The notes under the pieces: generated by a model | What the model was told of the DNA's origin: nothing | Seen by the model: the letters and a program-made list of their open reading frames with translations, nothing else | Database searches by the model: none | Program-made: the position numbers and the translations under genes | Shown: positions 1 to 7,650 of the stretch, one piece after another | Layout of the letters: each line of letters starts with the position of its first letter | Position numbering within the stretch: the first letter of the stretch is position 1 | Origin: Trichlorobacter lovleyi SZ | GTDB lineage: Bacteria; Desulfobacterota; Desulfuromonadia; Geobacterales; Pseudopelobacteraceae | Length of the DNA stretch: 32,000 nt | NCBI RefSeq assembly: GCF_000020385.1 | Contig: NC_010814.1 | Coordinates: 420,001 to 452,000 of the forward strand | Reading direction: 5' to 3'

Positions 1-495
1 TTTGTGATGGACCTTTCGGCGGAAGAGTTTATCCGGCTGCATGCTGAAAGCCGGATGATAGCTGATCCGGCTGCCATCACCGCCACTATCCTTGAGCTGG
101 CCAACAGTCTGGCCGGTGAGCAGTTCACCCCGGTCACGCCGGTCACAGCCCTGTCCGGCGGCCAGTCCCGCGCCCTGATGATCGCTGACGTGGCCTGCCT
201 CAGTAGCTCGCCGATCGTGCTGATTGATGAGATCGAAAACGCAGGGATCGATCGCAAGCGGGCGTTGTCGTTGCTGGCGGATCAGGACAAGATTGTGCTG
301 ATGGCCACCCATGACCCGATCCTGGCCCTGATGGGGCAGCAGCGGCTGATCTTCAAGAATGGCGGTGTCTCCAGCATCCGCAGCACCAGCCCGGCAGAGC
401 GGGCCAACCTGACCCTGTTTGAACAGATGGATGCACGCCTGACTGCAGTGCGCCATGCCCTGCGCAACGGGGAAGAGATAGCAGGAAACTTCTGA
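1..495 (+). CDS. ABC transporter ATP-binding protein, C-terminal part (5' end lies outside the window)
   Basis: Frame 1 is open from base 1. It carries the ABC signature LSGGQSRAL, Walker B IVLIDEIENAGID and the H-loop ATHDP. Walker A is not visible, so the gene starts upstream of the window. Confidence 0.8.
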   Translation, partial: FVMDLSAEEFIRLHAESRMIADPAAITATILELANSLAGEQFTPVTPVTALSGGQSRALMIADVACLSSSPIVLIDEIENAGIDRKRALSLLADQDKIVLMATHDPILALMGQQRLIFKNGGVSSIRSTSPAERANLTLFEQMDARLTAVRHALRNGEEIAGNF

Positions 496-586
496 TCCGT
501 GGATGTACGCAGAGAGCTGCCAATATTTATAACGTTATTGAATGGTTATCTGCAAGTTTTGAGTCTGTATGATGCGCCAGATCGGT

Positions 587-603
587 TGGCCCAGCCGTTG
601 CAT
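587..603 (+). promoter_or_regulatory. Sigma-54 (-24/-12) type promoter candidate upstream of modE
   Basis: TGGCCCagccgTTGCAT. The GG and GC dinucleotides have the canonical spacing of TGGCAC-N5-TTGCW, with one mismatch in the -24 hexamer. It lies about 180 nt upstream of the likely modE start. Confidence 0.45.
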
Positions 604-687
604 ATAAACAAGAAGCGGATCTGCCCTGAGTACTTTTGAGCGATAGCGGCTGGGCAGTGCATGGACTTGTTGCCCGGCCGTATCAAG

Positions 688-711
688 CGTTATTTAGATC
701 TATACATAACG
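688..711. promoter_or_regulatory. ModE operator (CGTTAT-N12-ATAACG palindrome) upstream of modE
   Basis: CGTTATTTAGATCTATACATAACG is a 24-bp inverted repeat. It has the same length and the same flanks (CGTTAT...TACATAACG) as the E. coli modA operator as I remember it. It sits about 70 nt before the modE start. Confidence 0.7.
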
Positions 712-782
712 TCATTTTGAGTATACTTTTCTCACTATGAACAGCCGTCAGGCAGGAAATCCTCATTCAGGGAGCGTCAGCA

Positions 783-1588
783 TGAACAGCGCAGGGACCG
801 TAGAACTGAACGGGAATCTCTGGTTTACCAGGGACACCAGTAAATTTCTGGGGAACGACCGGATCGCCCTGTTGGAAAAGATCGATGAACTCGGTTCCAT
901 CACCAGGGCTGCCAAGGCGGTTGGTATCAGTTACAAGACCGCCTGGGAGATCGTGAACCAGATCAACAATCTTGCGGCGGTGCCGTTGGTTGACCGTGCC
1001 ACCGGAGGGAAAGGGGGAGGCGGCGCCAGCCTGACCGTAACAGGTCGCGAGGTGCTGGAACAGTTTCGTGTTGTGCAGGAGGAACACGGAAAATTTTTGA
1101 AAAACCTGGATATGCGTCTTGGTGACACCAACAATCTGTACCAATTTTTACGGAGGATTTCCATGAAAGTCAGCGCACGTAACGTGTTCAGCGGTACCGT
1201 CACATCCATTGCCAAAGGGGCCGTGAACGCCGAGGTTTCACTTGGCCTGAAAGGTGCTACTGCCATTACCGCCGTGGTAACCAACGGCGCAATCACTAAC
1301 CTTGGCCTGCAGGAGGGCATGTCTGCCTATGCGATTGTCAAGGCCAGTTCCGTGGTAATCGGCACAGATCTGGCAGAAGCAAAGCTCAGCACCCGGAATC
1401 AGCTGACCGGTACGATTGCCAAGCTGGTTGAGGGACCGGTCAGTTGTGAGGTTGATCTGGAGCTGCCCGGTGGCAACACCATCAGCGCCGTGATTACCGA
1501 TGGCAGCGCCAAACGGCTGGGCTTGAAGGTTGGCGGCACGGCAACGGCTCTGTTTAAGGCTTCCAGCGTGATTTTAGGGGTCAGCTGA
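783..1588 (+). CDS. modE: Molybdate-dependent transcriptional regulator ModE (N-terminal HTH plus two Mop/TOBE domains)
   Basis: The N-terminus (GNDRIALLEKIDELGSITRAAKAVGISYKTAWEIVNQINN) resembles the ModE HTH. Two tandem TOBE/Mop repeats follow (MKVSARNVFSGTVTSI... and STRNQLTGTIAKL...). The ORF opens at 737, but the ATG at 783 has a GGGAG Shine-Dalgarno 7 nt upstream. Confidence 0.88.
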
Positions 1589-1616
1589 TGTAGACAAAGG
1601 CACCCCCCCTCAATCC

Positions 1617-1662
1617 CCCCTTGTCAATGGGGAGGTTTTGTAGGCTCTCCCCTGACAAGGGG
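1617..1662. repeat. C/G-tract palindromic hairpin element in the modE-modD spacer
   Basis: CCCCTTGTCA(AT)GGGGA, a 14-nt loop, then TCCCCTGACAAGGGG. This gives an inverted repeat of about 15 bp, embedded in poly-C and poly-G tracts (1602-1680). Confidence 0.45.
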
Positions 1663-1741
1663 AGCGGGGAGGGGCTGCAAGGCTGGGGCGGGCTACGTAC
1701 ACAAGGGGCATCAATAGAGCTGTCCCTTTTTTCGGCACTGT

Positions 1742-1765
1742 CGTTATATTTTGAGCACCATAACG
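1742..1765. promoter_or_regulatory. ModE operator upstream of the modD-modA-modA-modB-modC operon
   Basis: CGTTATATTTTGAGCACCATAACG has the same CGTTAT-N12-ATAACG architecture as 688-711. It ends 18 nt before the modD ATG. Confidence 0.7.
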
Positions 1766-1782
1766 GTGAACGGGGTCTTGGC

Positions 1783-2631
1783 ATGGTTAACTGTCTGGCG
1801 GATAGTGAGATAGAGCGGTTTCTGGAAGAGGATATCCCCTATGGCGATCTGACCACCCATCTGCTGGGGATCGGTCAACAGCAGGGAGAGATCCGTTTCA
1901 GTACCCGTCACCACACCACACTCTGCTGTACTGAAGAGGCAGCACGGGTGTTGACAAAATCCGGTTGCAAGATTACGTGGCAAACGGCCAGCGGCACCAG
2001 GCTACCGCCGGGCGAAACCTTTCTGCTTGCCACCGGCCCTGCCCAGGCTCTGCACGCCGGTTGGAAGGTGGCGGTGAATTTGCTGGAATACGGTTCCGGT
2101 ATCGCCACCCGCACCGCCGGGATTGTTACGGCGGCACGGGAAGTTAATCCCTGTATTGCCGTACTGACCACCCGCAAGACCTTTCCAGGCACCAAGAAGT
2201 TGGCCATCAAGGCGATCTGTGCCGGTGGAGCCCTGCCGCACCGCTTGGGGCTGTCGGAGACGGTGCTGGTGTTCAAGCAGCACACAGCTTTTATGGGCGG
2301 GCTGGAGCCGCTTTTGCGGCATGTTGAAACATTGAAGCGCGAGGCACTGGAGACCAAGATTATTGTAGAGGCTGATTCACCGGAAGAGGCACTGCTGATC
2401 GCCCAAAGCGGTGCTGATGTGGTGCAGATGGATAAGCTGCCAGCTGATCAGCTTAAGGTGTTGGTGCATGAAGTCAGGCAGATCAACCCGGCGGTCAAGG
2501 TCTCTGCTGCCGGCGGGATCAATGAGCAGAACGCGGCGGAGTACGCTGCCAGCGGTGTTGATATCCTGGTGCTGTCATCGGTCTATTTCGGCAAACCGGC
2601 CGATATCGGGGCCGTGATTGTTCCTGTGTAA
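1783..2631 (+). CDS. modD: ModD, a molybdenum-utilisation protein of the NadC/quinolinate phosphoribosyltransferase fold
   Basis: It has the N-terminal LADSEIERFLEEDIPYGDLTT motif, GGALPHRLGLSETVLVFKQH, and a C-terminal TIM-barrel part (AAGGINEQNAAEYAASGVDILV). It lies directly upstream of modA. The ORF opens at 1621, but that extension reads through the hairpin and the ModE box, so the ATG at 1783 is preferred. Confidence 0.8.
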   Translation: MVNCLADSEIERFLEEDIPYGDLTTHLLGIGQQQGEIRFSTRHHTTLCCTEEAARVLTKSGCKITWQTASGTRLPPGETFLLATGPAQALHAGWKVAVNLLEYGSGIATRTAGIVTAAREVNPCIAVLTTRKTFPGTKKLAIKAICAGGALPHRLGLSETVLVFKQHTAFMGGLEPLLRHVETLKREALETKIIVEADSPEEALLIAQSGADVVQMDKLPADQLKVLVHEVRQINPAVKVSAAGGINEQNAAEYAASGVDILVLSSVYFGKPADIGAVIVPV

Positions 2632-2658
2632 CCTTCCCTGCGTAAAAGGAGTATGACG

Positions 2659-3414
2659 ATGAAAACAGTTGTCACCTTTATATTAATGGCCGGTTTAAGC
2701 CTCTGTTTAACTATCTCCGCGTCTGCTGCTGATCTGCACCTGGCCGTGGCAGCCAACTTTACAGGACCAATGGAGCAGCTAAAGCCGCTTTTTGAAAAGG
2801 CCAGCGGCCACAAGCTGATTATCTCCTACGGCACCGTCGGGAAGTTCTACGCCCAGATCAAGAACGGCGCACCGTTTGAGCTGTTGATTTCTGCCGATGA
2901 CGAAACCCCGATCCGCCTGGAAAAGGACGGGCTGGCTCTGCCTGAAACCCGCTTTACCTATGCCATCGGCAAGCTGATGCTCTGGAGTACCAAGCCGGGA
3001 CTGGTTGATGCCAGTGGCGAGGTGTTGAAGCAGGCTGATTTCAAACGGCTGGCCATTGCCAGCCCCAAACTGGCGGTCTATGGCGCTGCCGGGGTTGAGG
3101 TAATGAAAAAACTGGGGGTCTATGAACAGTTACAGTCCAGACTTGTATTTGGTGAAAACATCTCCCAGGCCTATCAGTTTGTGGCCACCGGCAACGCCGA
3201 TCTGGGGTTTGTGGCCCTGTCGCAGATCTACAAAAACGGCAATTATGCAGCCGGTTCTCACTGGCAGGTGCCGTCCAACCTCTACCCCCGGATCAGGCAG
3301 GATGCCGTATTGTTGAGCAAAGGCCGGGATAATCCGGCAGGCAAGGCACTGCTTGTATTCTTGAAGACAACAGAAACAAAAAAGATCATCCGTTCCTACG
3401 GCTATGATATCTAA
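2659..3414 (+). CDS. modA: Molybdate ABC transporter periplasmic binding protein, paralogue 1
   Basis: A signal peptide (MKTVVTFILMAGLSLCLTISASA) is followed by a ModA-like core (YGTVGKF, LLISAD, GENISQAYQFVATGNADLGFVALSQ). The AAAGGAG Shine-Dalgarno lies 7 nt before the ATG at 2659. Confidence 0.85.
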   Translation: MKTVVTFILMAGLSLCLTISASAADLHLAVAANFTGPMEQLKPLFEKASGHKLIISYGTVGKFYAQIKNGAPFELLISADDETPIRLEKDGLALPETRFTYAIGKLMLWSTKPGLVDASGEVLKQADFKRLAIASPKLAVYGAAGVEVMKKLGVYEQLQSRLVFGENISQAYQFVATGNADLGFVALSQIYKNGNYAAGSHWQVPSNLYPRIRQDAVLLSKGRDNPAGKALLVFLKTTETKKIIRSYGYDI

Positions 3415-3434
3415 CCTTAAAGGAGCAAACTTAA

Positions 3435-4202
3435 ATGAAACTGTTTAAAACATTGCTGGTAGTTTCGTTGCTGTTGCTGTCAACCGTCGTGGCCCATGCA
3501 GAAAAGATTACGGTCGCTGCTGCTGCTGACCTGAAGTTTGCCATGGATGAGATTGTCACTGGCTTTAAAAAGAGTCACAACGGGGCAGAGCTGGATGTGA
3601 TCTATGGTTCATCCGGTAAGTTCCATACCCAGATTCAGCAGGGTGCTCCCTATGATTTGTTCTTCTCTGCAGATATCAAGTACCCGCAGGAACTGGCAGC
3701 AAAGGGGCTTGCCGCTTCTTCGGTTGTACCCTACGCCGTTGGTCGGGTGGTGCTCTGGAGCAACAGTCTGGATGCCAGCAAGATGACCCTGTCCAGCCTG
3801 ACCGATCCGAAGATTACCCGGATAGCCATTGCCAACCCCAAGCATGCCCCCTACGGCAAGCGGGCTGAAGAGGCGCTGAAATCATCCGGTCTGTGGGATA
3901 AGCTGCAGCCAAAGCTTGTGTACGGCGAAAACATCGCTCACACCGCCCAGTTTGTGCAGACCGGTAACGCTCAGGTGGGAATCATTGCACTCTCGCTGGC
4001 TTTAAACCCTGAGCTGAGCAAAAAGGGTGGGTACCACCTGATCCCGGACAAGCTGCATAACCCGCTGGAACAGGGCTATATCATCACCAAACGTGGTGCA
4101 GGCAAGCCACTTGCCAGGCAGTTTGCTGAGTATATGGGTACAAAACCGGCCCGTAGCGTCATGACCAAATATGGATTTGTTCTGCCTGGAGAGGTAAAAT
4201 AA
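3435..4202 (+). CDS. modA: Molybdate/oxyanion ABC transporter periplasmic binding protein, paralogue 2
   Basis: A signal peptide is followed by a ModA-like core (YGSSGKF, FFSAD, GENIAHTAQFVQTGNAQVGIIALS). An AAGGAG Shine-Dalgarno is present. By eye it shares roughly one third of its residues with paralogue 1. Confidence 0.85.
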   Translation: MKLFKTLLVVSLLLLSTVVAHAEKITVAAAADLKFAMDEIVTGFKKSHNGAELDVIYGSSGKFHTQIQQGAPYDLFFSADIKYPQELAAKGLAASSVVPYAVGRVVLWSNSLDASKMTLSSLTDPKITRIAIANPKHAPYGKRAEEALKSSGLWDKLQPKLVYGENIAHTAQFVQTGNAQVGIIALSLALNPELSKKGGYHLIPDKLHNPLEQGYIITKRGAGKPLARQFAEYMGTKPARSVMTKYGFVLPGEVK

Positions 4203-4204
4203 TC

Positions 4205-4882
4205 ATGCTGCTGAGCGACAGCGATCTGCAGGCGGTCTGGCTAACAATCAGACTGGCCTCGGTGGTTACCGTGATCCTGCTGCTGGTGGGGACTCCGTTG
4301 GCCTGGTGGCTGGCCCGTACCCGTTCCTGGGCCAAGGGGCCGTTGGGGGCGATGGTGGCGTTGCCGCTGGTGCTGCCTCCGTCAGTGCTGGGTTTTTACC
4401 TGTTGCTGGCCATGGGGCCCAACGGGCCGCTGGGCTGGTTGACCACCAGACTGGGTGTTGGTCCCCTGCCGTTCACCTTCTGGGGGCTGGTGCTGGCCTC
4501 AGTCTTCTACTCACTGCCGTTCATGGTGCAGCCGCTGCAGAACTCCTTTGAAGCGATCGGCGAACGGCCGCTGCAGGTGGCCGCCACCCTGGGCGCATCT
4601 CCACTGAATACTTTCTTTACTGTTGCGTTGCCATTGGCAAAGCCAGGTTTTCTGACCGCCTCAATCATGACCTTTGCCCACACCGTAGGGGAATTCGGCG
4701 TGGTGCTGATGATCGGCGGCAACATCCCCGGCGTGACCAGGGTCGCCTCGGTGCAGATCTACGATCATGTTGAGGCGTTGGAATATGGACAGGCGCACCG
4801 GCTGGCCGCCGTTATGCTGATCTTCTCGTTTCTGGTGCTGCTGGGGATGTATGCCTGGAAACCACGGCCACAAAAGGGGTAA
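4205..4882 (+). CDS. modB: Molybdate ABC transporter permease ModB
   Basis: This is a polytopic membrane protein with the EAA-type loop of MetI-family permeases (EAIGERPLQVAATLGASPLNTFFTVALPLAKPG). It sits between modA and modC. Confidence 0.9.
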   Translation: MLLSDSDLQAVWLTIRLASVVTVILLLVGTPLAWWLARTRSWAKGPLGAMVALPLVLPPSVLGFYLLLAMGPNGPLGWLTTRLGVGPLPFTFWGLVLASVFYSLPFMVQPLQNSFEAIGERPLQVAATLGASPLNTFFTVALPLAKPGFLTASIMTFAHTVGEFGVVLMIGGNIPGVTRVASVQIYDHVEALEYGQAHRLAAVMLIFSFLVLLGMYAWKPRPQKG

Positions 4883-4888
4883 GGCAGT

Positions 4889-5941
4889 ATGGAGTTGCAG
4901 CTACAGCTACGCAAACAACAGGGTGATTTTGCCCTGGAGCTTGATCTGAAGGTAAGCGGTGAGCGGATCGGTATCTTTGGGCCTTCCGGCAGCGGCAAAT
5001 CAACCCTGGTTAATCTGCTGGCAGGCCTGGCCAGGCCGGATGCCGGGCAGATCCTGCTGGATGGTCAACCGCTCTTTGACAGTAGCAACAGGATTAACCT
5101 GTTGCCCCATCGCCGCCGGATCGCCCTGGTGTTTCAGCAGCATGGCCTGTTTCCCCACCTGACAGTCCGCAAGAACCTGCTGTACGGGTACCAGCGTTGT
5201 CCCGCAGCAGAGCGCAGGATAGAGCTGGCAGAGGTGGCTGAGGTGCTGGAGATAACGGATCTGATGGGACAGATGCCGGACACGCTGTCCGGCGGCCAGA
5301 GCCAGCGGGTGGCGCTGGGGCGGGCAATTCTCGCTTCACCACGGCTGCTGCTGATGGATGAGCCGCTCTCTGCCCTGGATGATGACCTGCGCTACCGGAT
5401 TATTCCGTATCTGAATCTGGTGTCGGAGCGGTTCAGGATTCCGTTTGTCTTTATTTCTCACTCATTGGTGGAGATGCGGCTGATGGCTGACCAGGTGGCG
5501 GTGCTGGAAAAGGGGCAGCTGGCCGGTGTGGTTGCACCGGAAGAGCTGGCTCGCCAGCGGATGGGGCAGAGTGCAAGCGGTTACATCAATCTGCTTGAAC
5601 TGGGGATGCCAGAGGAACAAGAGGGGTTGCTGGCCTTTCCCTGGGCCGGGCAGGAACTGTTGCTGTCCGGTGGCGCCGGTACAGAACCCGGTACGTTTGA
5701 ACTTTCTTCCAGAGATATCATTCTTTGCAAACGCCACCCCGATGCCATCAGTGCCCGGAACCTGTTGCCCTGCATGGTGCGCAGCCTTTTTGAATCTGGC
5801 AAAAAGACCGGCATAGAACTGGACTGTAACGGCAGCTCGCTGGTGGCCGAGGTGGTGCCTGCTGCAGCGCAAGAACTGCAGATTACCCCCGGCAGCACGG
5901 TCTGGGCCGCCATTAAGGCGTCGGCCTTCAGAAGATTGTAG
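4889..5941 (+). CDS. modC: Molybdate ABC transporter ATPase ModC with C-terminal TOBE domain
   Basis: It has Walker A GPSGSGKST, signature LSGGQSQRV and Walker B LLLMDEPLSALD. A TOBE-like extension of about 120 aa forms the C-terminus. Confidence 0.9.
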   Translation: MELQLQLRKQQGDFALELDLKVSGERIGIFGPSGSGKSTLVNLLAGLARPDAGQILLDGQPLFDSSNRINLLPHRRRIALVFQQHGLFPHLTVRKNLLYGYQRCPAAERRIELAEVAEVLEITDLMGQMPDTLSGGQSQRVALGRAILASPRLLLMDEPLSALDDDLRYRIIPYLNLVSERFRIPFVFISHSLVEMRLMADQVAVLEKGQLAGVVAPEELARQRMGQSASGYINLLELGMPEEQEGLLAFPWAGQELLLSGGAGTEPGTFELSSRDIILCKRHPDAISARNLLPCMVRSLFESGKKTGIELDCNGSSLVAEVVPAAAQELQITPGSTVWAAIKASAFRRL

Positions 5942-5943
5942 CT

Positions 5944-6987
5944 TTAAACGCCATCCAACCGTGATGGTCCGATAGTCACCAGGCGGCAGCCCGCCGTCAC
6001 CTGTTCTATTCCGGGCGGGTTCATCCTGACCTTACCGTCTGTGCAGCTGATTCCCAGGGCCAGATGCCCCTGCTGGCGGCAGCGGGCTGCCAGGCCTTCA
6101 AAACTTCCGGTATTTGAGACCGGTACCAGATAGATCTGCTGTCCCTGGCCGTTGCTGAGCAGGTCTCCCAACACCTCCTGCACCCCCGGATTCAGCAGTT
6201 CCTGACTCAAAAAGTGGGCATCAAAACGGCTGGTGCAGACAATCCGGTCACAACCGGCCTTGCGCAACAGCTCTTCAGAAGCGGGATCAATACATTCCAC
6301 CACGGTGTTGACCTGCTTGCAGCGTCCCTCAATGGCCAGAGCGATGGCTACATTCAGGTTGTCCGAGGCCGGATCGGTGGGGTCACGGGTCAGAATAACG
6401 GCATGCCGGGCCTGATCAATGGCGGCCCGCTGCAGGGTCTCATCGCGAGTCGGATTGCCGCGCACGTAATGAACCCCCCGCTTCTGCAGCTCAACTGGCA
6501 ACTCATCCAGTTGCTCATCCACCAGAATAACCGGCATGCTGATTCCCACCGCCTTGTCCAGCGCCAGCTCCAACAAGATCCGCTCAACCTTGGCCAGGCC
6601 TGCAAAATTAAATATCACCAGATGGTCAGACAGTTTGAAGATTGACATTCCCTTGATCTCCTTTGTCTTGGAGGTGACCAGCGCTGCAGCCACCATGGAA
6701 AGGGCATAGCCCAACAGGCCGATACCAAAGACCATGATCGGCCAGCCCACCAGAAACCGGCCGCCAAAGCTCTTGGGAAAGAAGTCGCCATACCCGACCG
6801 TGGCAATGGTGACAATGGTGTACCAGAGCCCGTCAGCCCAGCTTAAATCGGGATTTGCAGGCAGCTCGAAGTAGAGAAAACCGGTGGTACCGTAGAGCAG
6901 CACCGCCAGCATCAACACCAGCACCCGCAGGTATTCAGGCGGATTGCGCAGCATGGTTTTCATGAAATAGTGAAGAACCTGATACAT
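5944..6987 (-). CDS. Two-TM potassium channel with cytoplasmic RCK (TrkA-N/TrkA-C) domains, MthK-like
   Basis: The K+ selectivity filter TIATVGYGD lies between two TM helices and is followed by RCK-like domains. The ORF opens at 7023, but the ATG at 6987 follows a GGAG Shine-Dalgarno immediately after the upstream stop codon. Confidence 0.85.
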   Translation of the reverse strand: MYQVLHYFMKTMLRNPPEYLRVLVLMLAVLLYGTTGFLYFELPANPDLSWADGLWYTIVTIATVGYGDFFPKSFGGRFLVGWPIMVFGIGLLGYALSMVAAALVTSKTKEIKGMSIFKLSDHLVIFNFAGLAKVERILLELALDKAVGISMPVILVDEQLDELPVELQKRGVHYVRGNPTRDETLQRAAIDQARHAVILTRDPTDPASDNLNVAIALAIEGRCKQVNTVVECIDPASEELLRKAGCDRIVCTSRFDAHFLSQELLNPGVQEVLGDLLSNGQGQQIYLVPVSNTGSFEGLAARCRQQGHLALGISCTDGKVRMNPPGIEQVTAGCRLVTIGPSRLDGV

Positions 6988-6997
6988 GGGGCAACTC

Positions 6998-7582
6998 CTA
7001 CTGGTTTTGGTTGCGCCACTCACGGATCAGTGCCAGCGCCCGCTCAGTGGCTGTTGCGTTTGACCAGAGTCCGCGCCGCCCGGCCCGGGCCTGTTCCTGC
7101 TCCTGCAGGTAGCCCTGCATGGCAGGAAAGGGGTAGACCGTGTAGACCAGTGCCAGCCCCTGCCGTATCAGGCGGATCGCGATATCCTCGTCATCAACAT
7201 ACAAGGTGGCCAGATAGCGGCCATACTTGTCTTTGGGGGTGGTGGCCAGCAGGACCCGCACCGGCCGGTCGAGCATGCTGCGCTGGATCGTCTCCATGGC
7301 GGCCTGGGCAAAGGGGGTGACCACATCCTTTTCCACCTTGGCGTCAAAGGATTTGATCCCCACAATTCTGATGGTGACCGGCGGCTGGCCTTCCCGCGCT
7401 GCGACCAGACTGTCACCATCAATGACCTTGACCAGCCGGACCAGATCGCCGCTCTCGATCTTGCCGCCGGCACTCTGCACACTGCGCCGCTGTTTTTCGG
7501 CGTTGATGCCGTAAAAGGCGGAAGCACCGGCCAGAATCAGGATTACCGACCAAAAGGCTACTGTTGCTCGCCCCATGCGCAT
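6998..7582 (-). CDS. Membrane-anchored or secreted thermonuclease (staphylococcal nuclease, SNase-like) family protein
   Basis: A hydrophobic N-terminal segment is followed by SNase-like blocks (VKVIDGDSL, VTIRIVGI, DKYGRYLATLYVDDEDIAIRLIRQGLA). The second ATG at 7576 has better spacing from the GGAGG Shine-Dalgarno. Confidence 0.75.
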   Translation of the reverse strand: MRMGRATVAFWSVILILAGASAFYGINAEKQRRSVQSAGGKIESGDLVRLVKVIDGDSLVAAREGQPPVTIRIVGIKSFDAKVEKDVVTPFAQAAMETIQRSMLDRPVRVLLATTPKDKYGRYLATLYVDDEDIAIRLIRQGLALVYTVYPFPAMQGYLQEQEQARAGRRGLWSNATATERALALIREWRNQNQ

Positions 7583-7650
7583 TTGCCTCCCTATAAAGAT
7601 GTGCTATAACAGAGTTCTGATAACGTCTGCATCATCATGTATACCAACAA

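Noticed and set aside
1621-1782. A 54-codon N-terminal extension of the modD ORF.
   Set aside because: It is translated across the C/G-tract hairpin, a T-run and the ModE operator. Its G/S/L-rich sequence is unlike ModD N-termini. The conserved ModD N-terminal motif begins right after the ATG at 1783.
1589-1782. A possible molybdenum-cofactor (Moco) riboswitch upstream of the mod operon.
   Set aside because: I could not find the conserved Moco-motif elements as I remember them (a GCCUCCG-like segment and a terminal GGAAAGG overlapping the RBS). The region is better explained by a terminator, a repeat hairpin and a ModE operator. A covariance-model scan (Rfam Moco_RNA_motif) would settle this.
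5939-5946. modC and the K+ channel gene converge with a 2-nt gap. mqnB-like and DUF4124 converge similarly at 11018-11025.
   Set aside because: This is noted as tight packing only. The short CAGCC/GGCTG hairpin at 11024-11039 is too weak to call a terminator, and nothing indicates a special mechanism.
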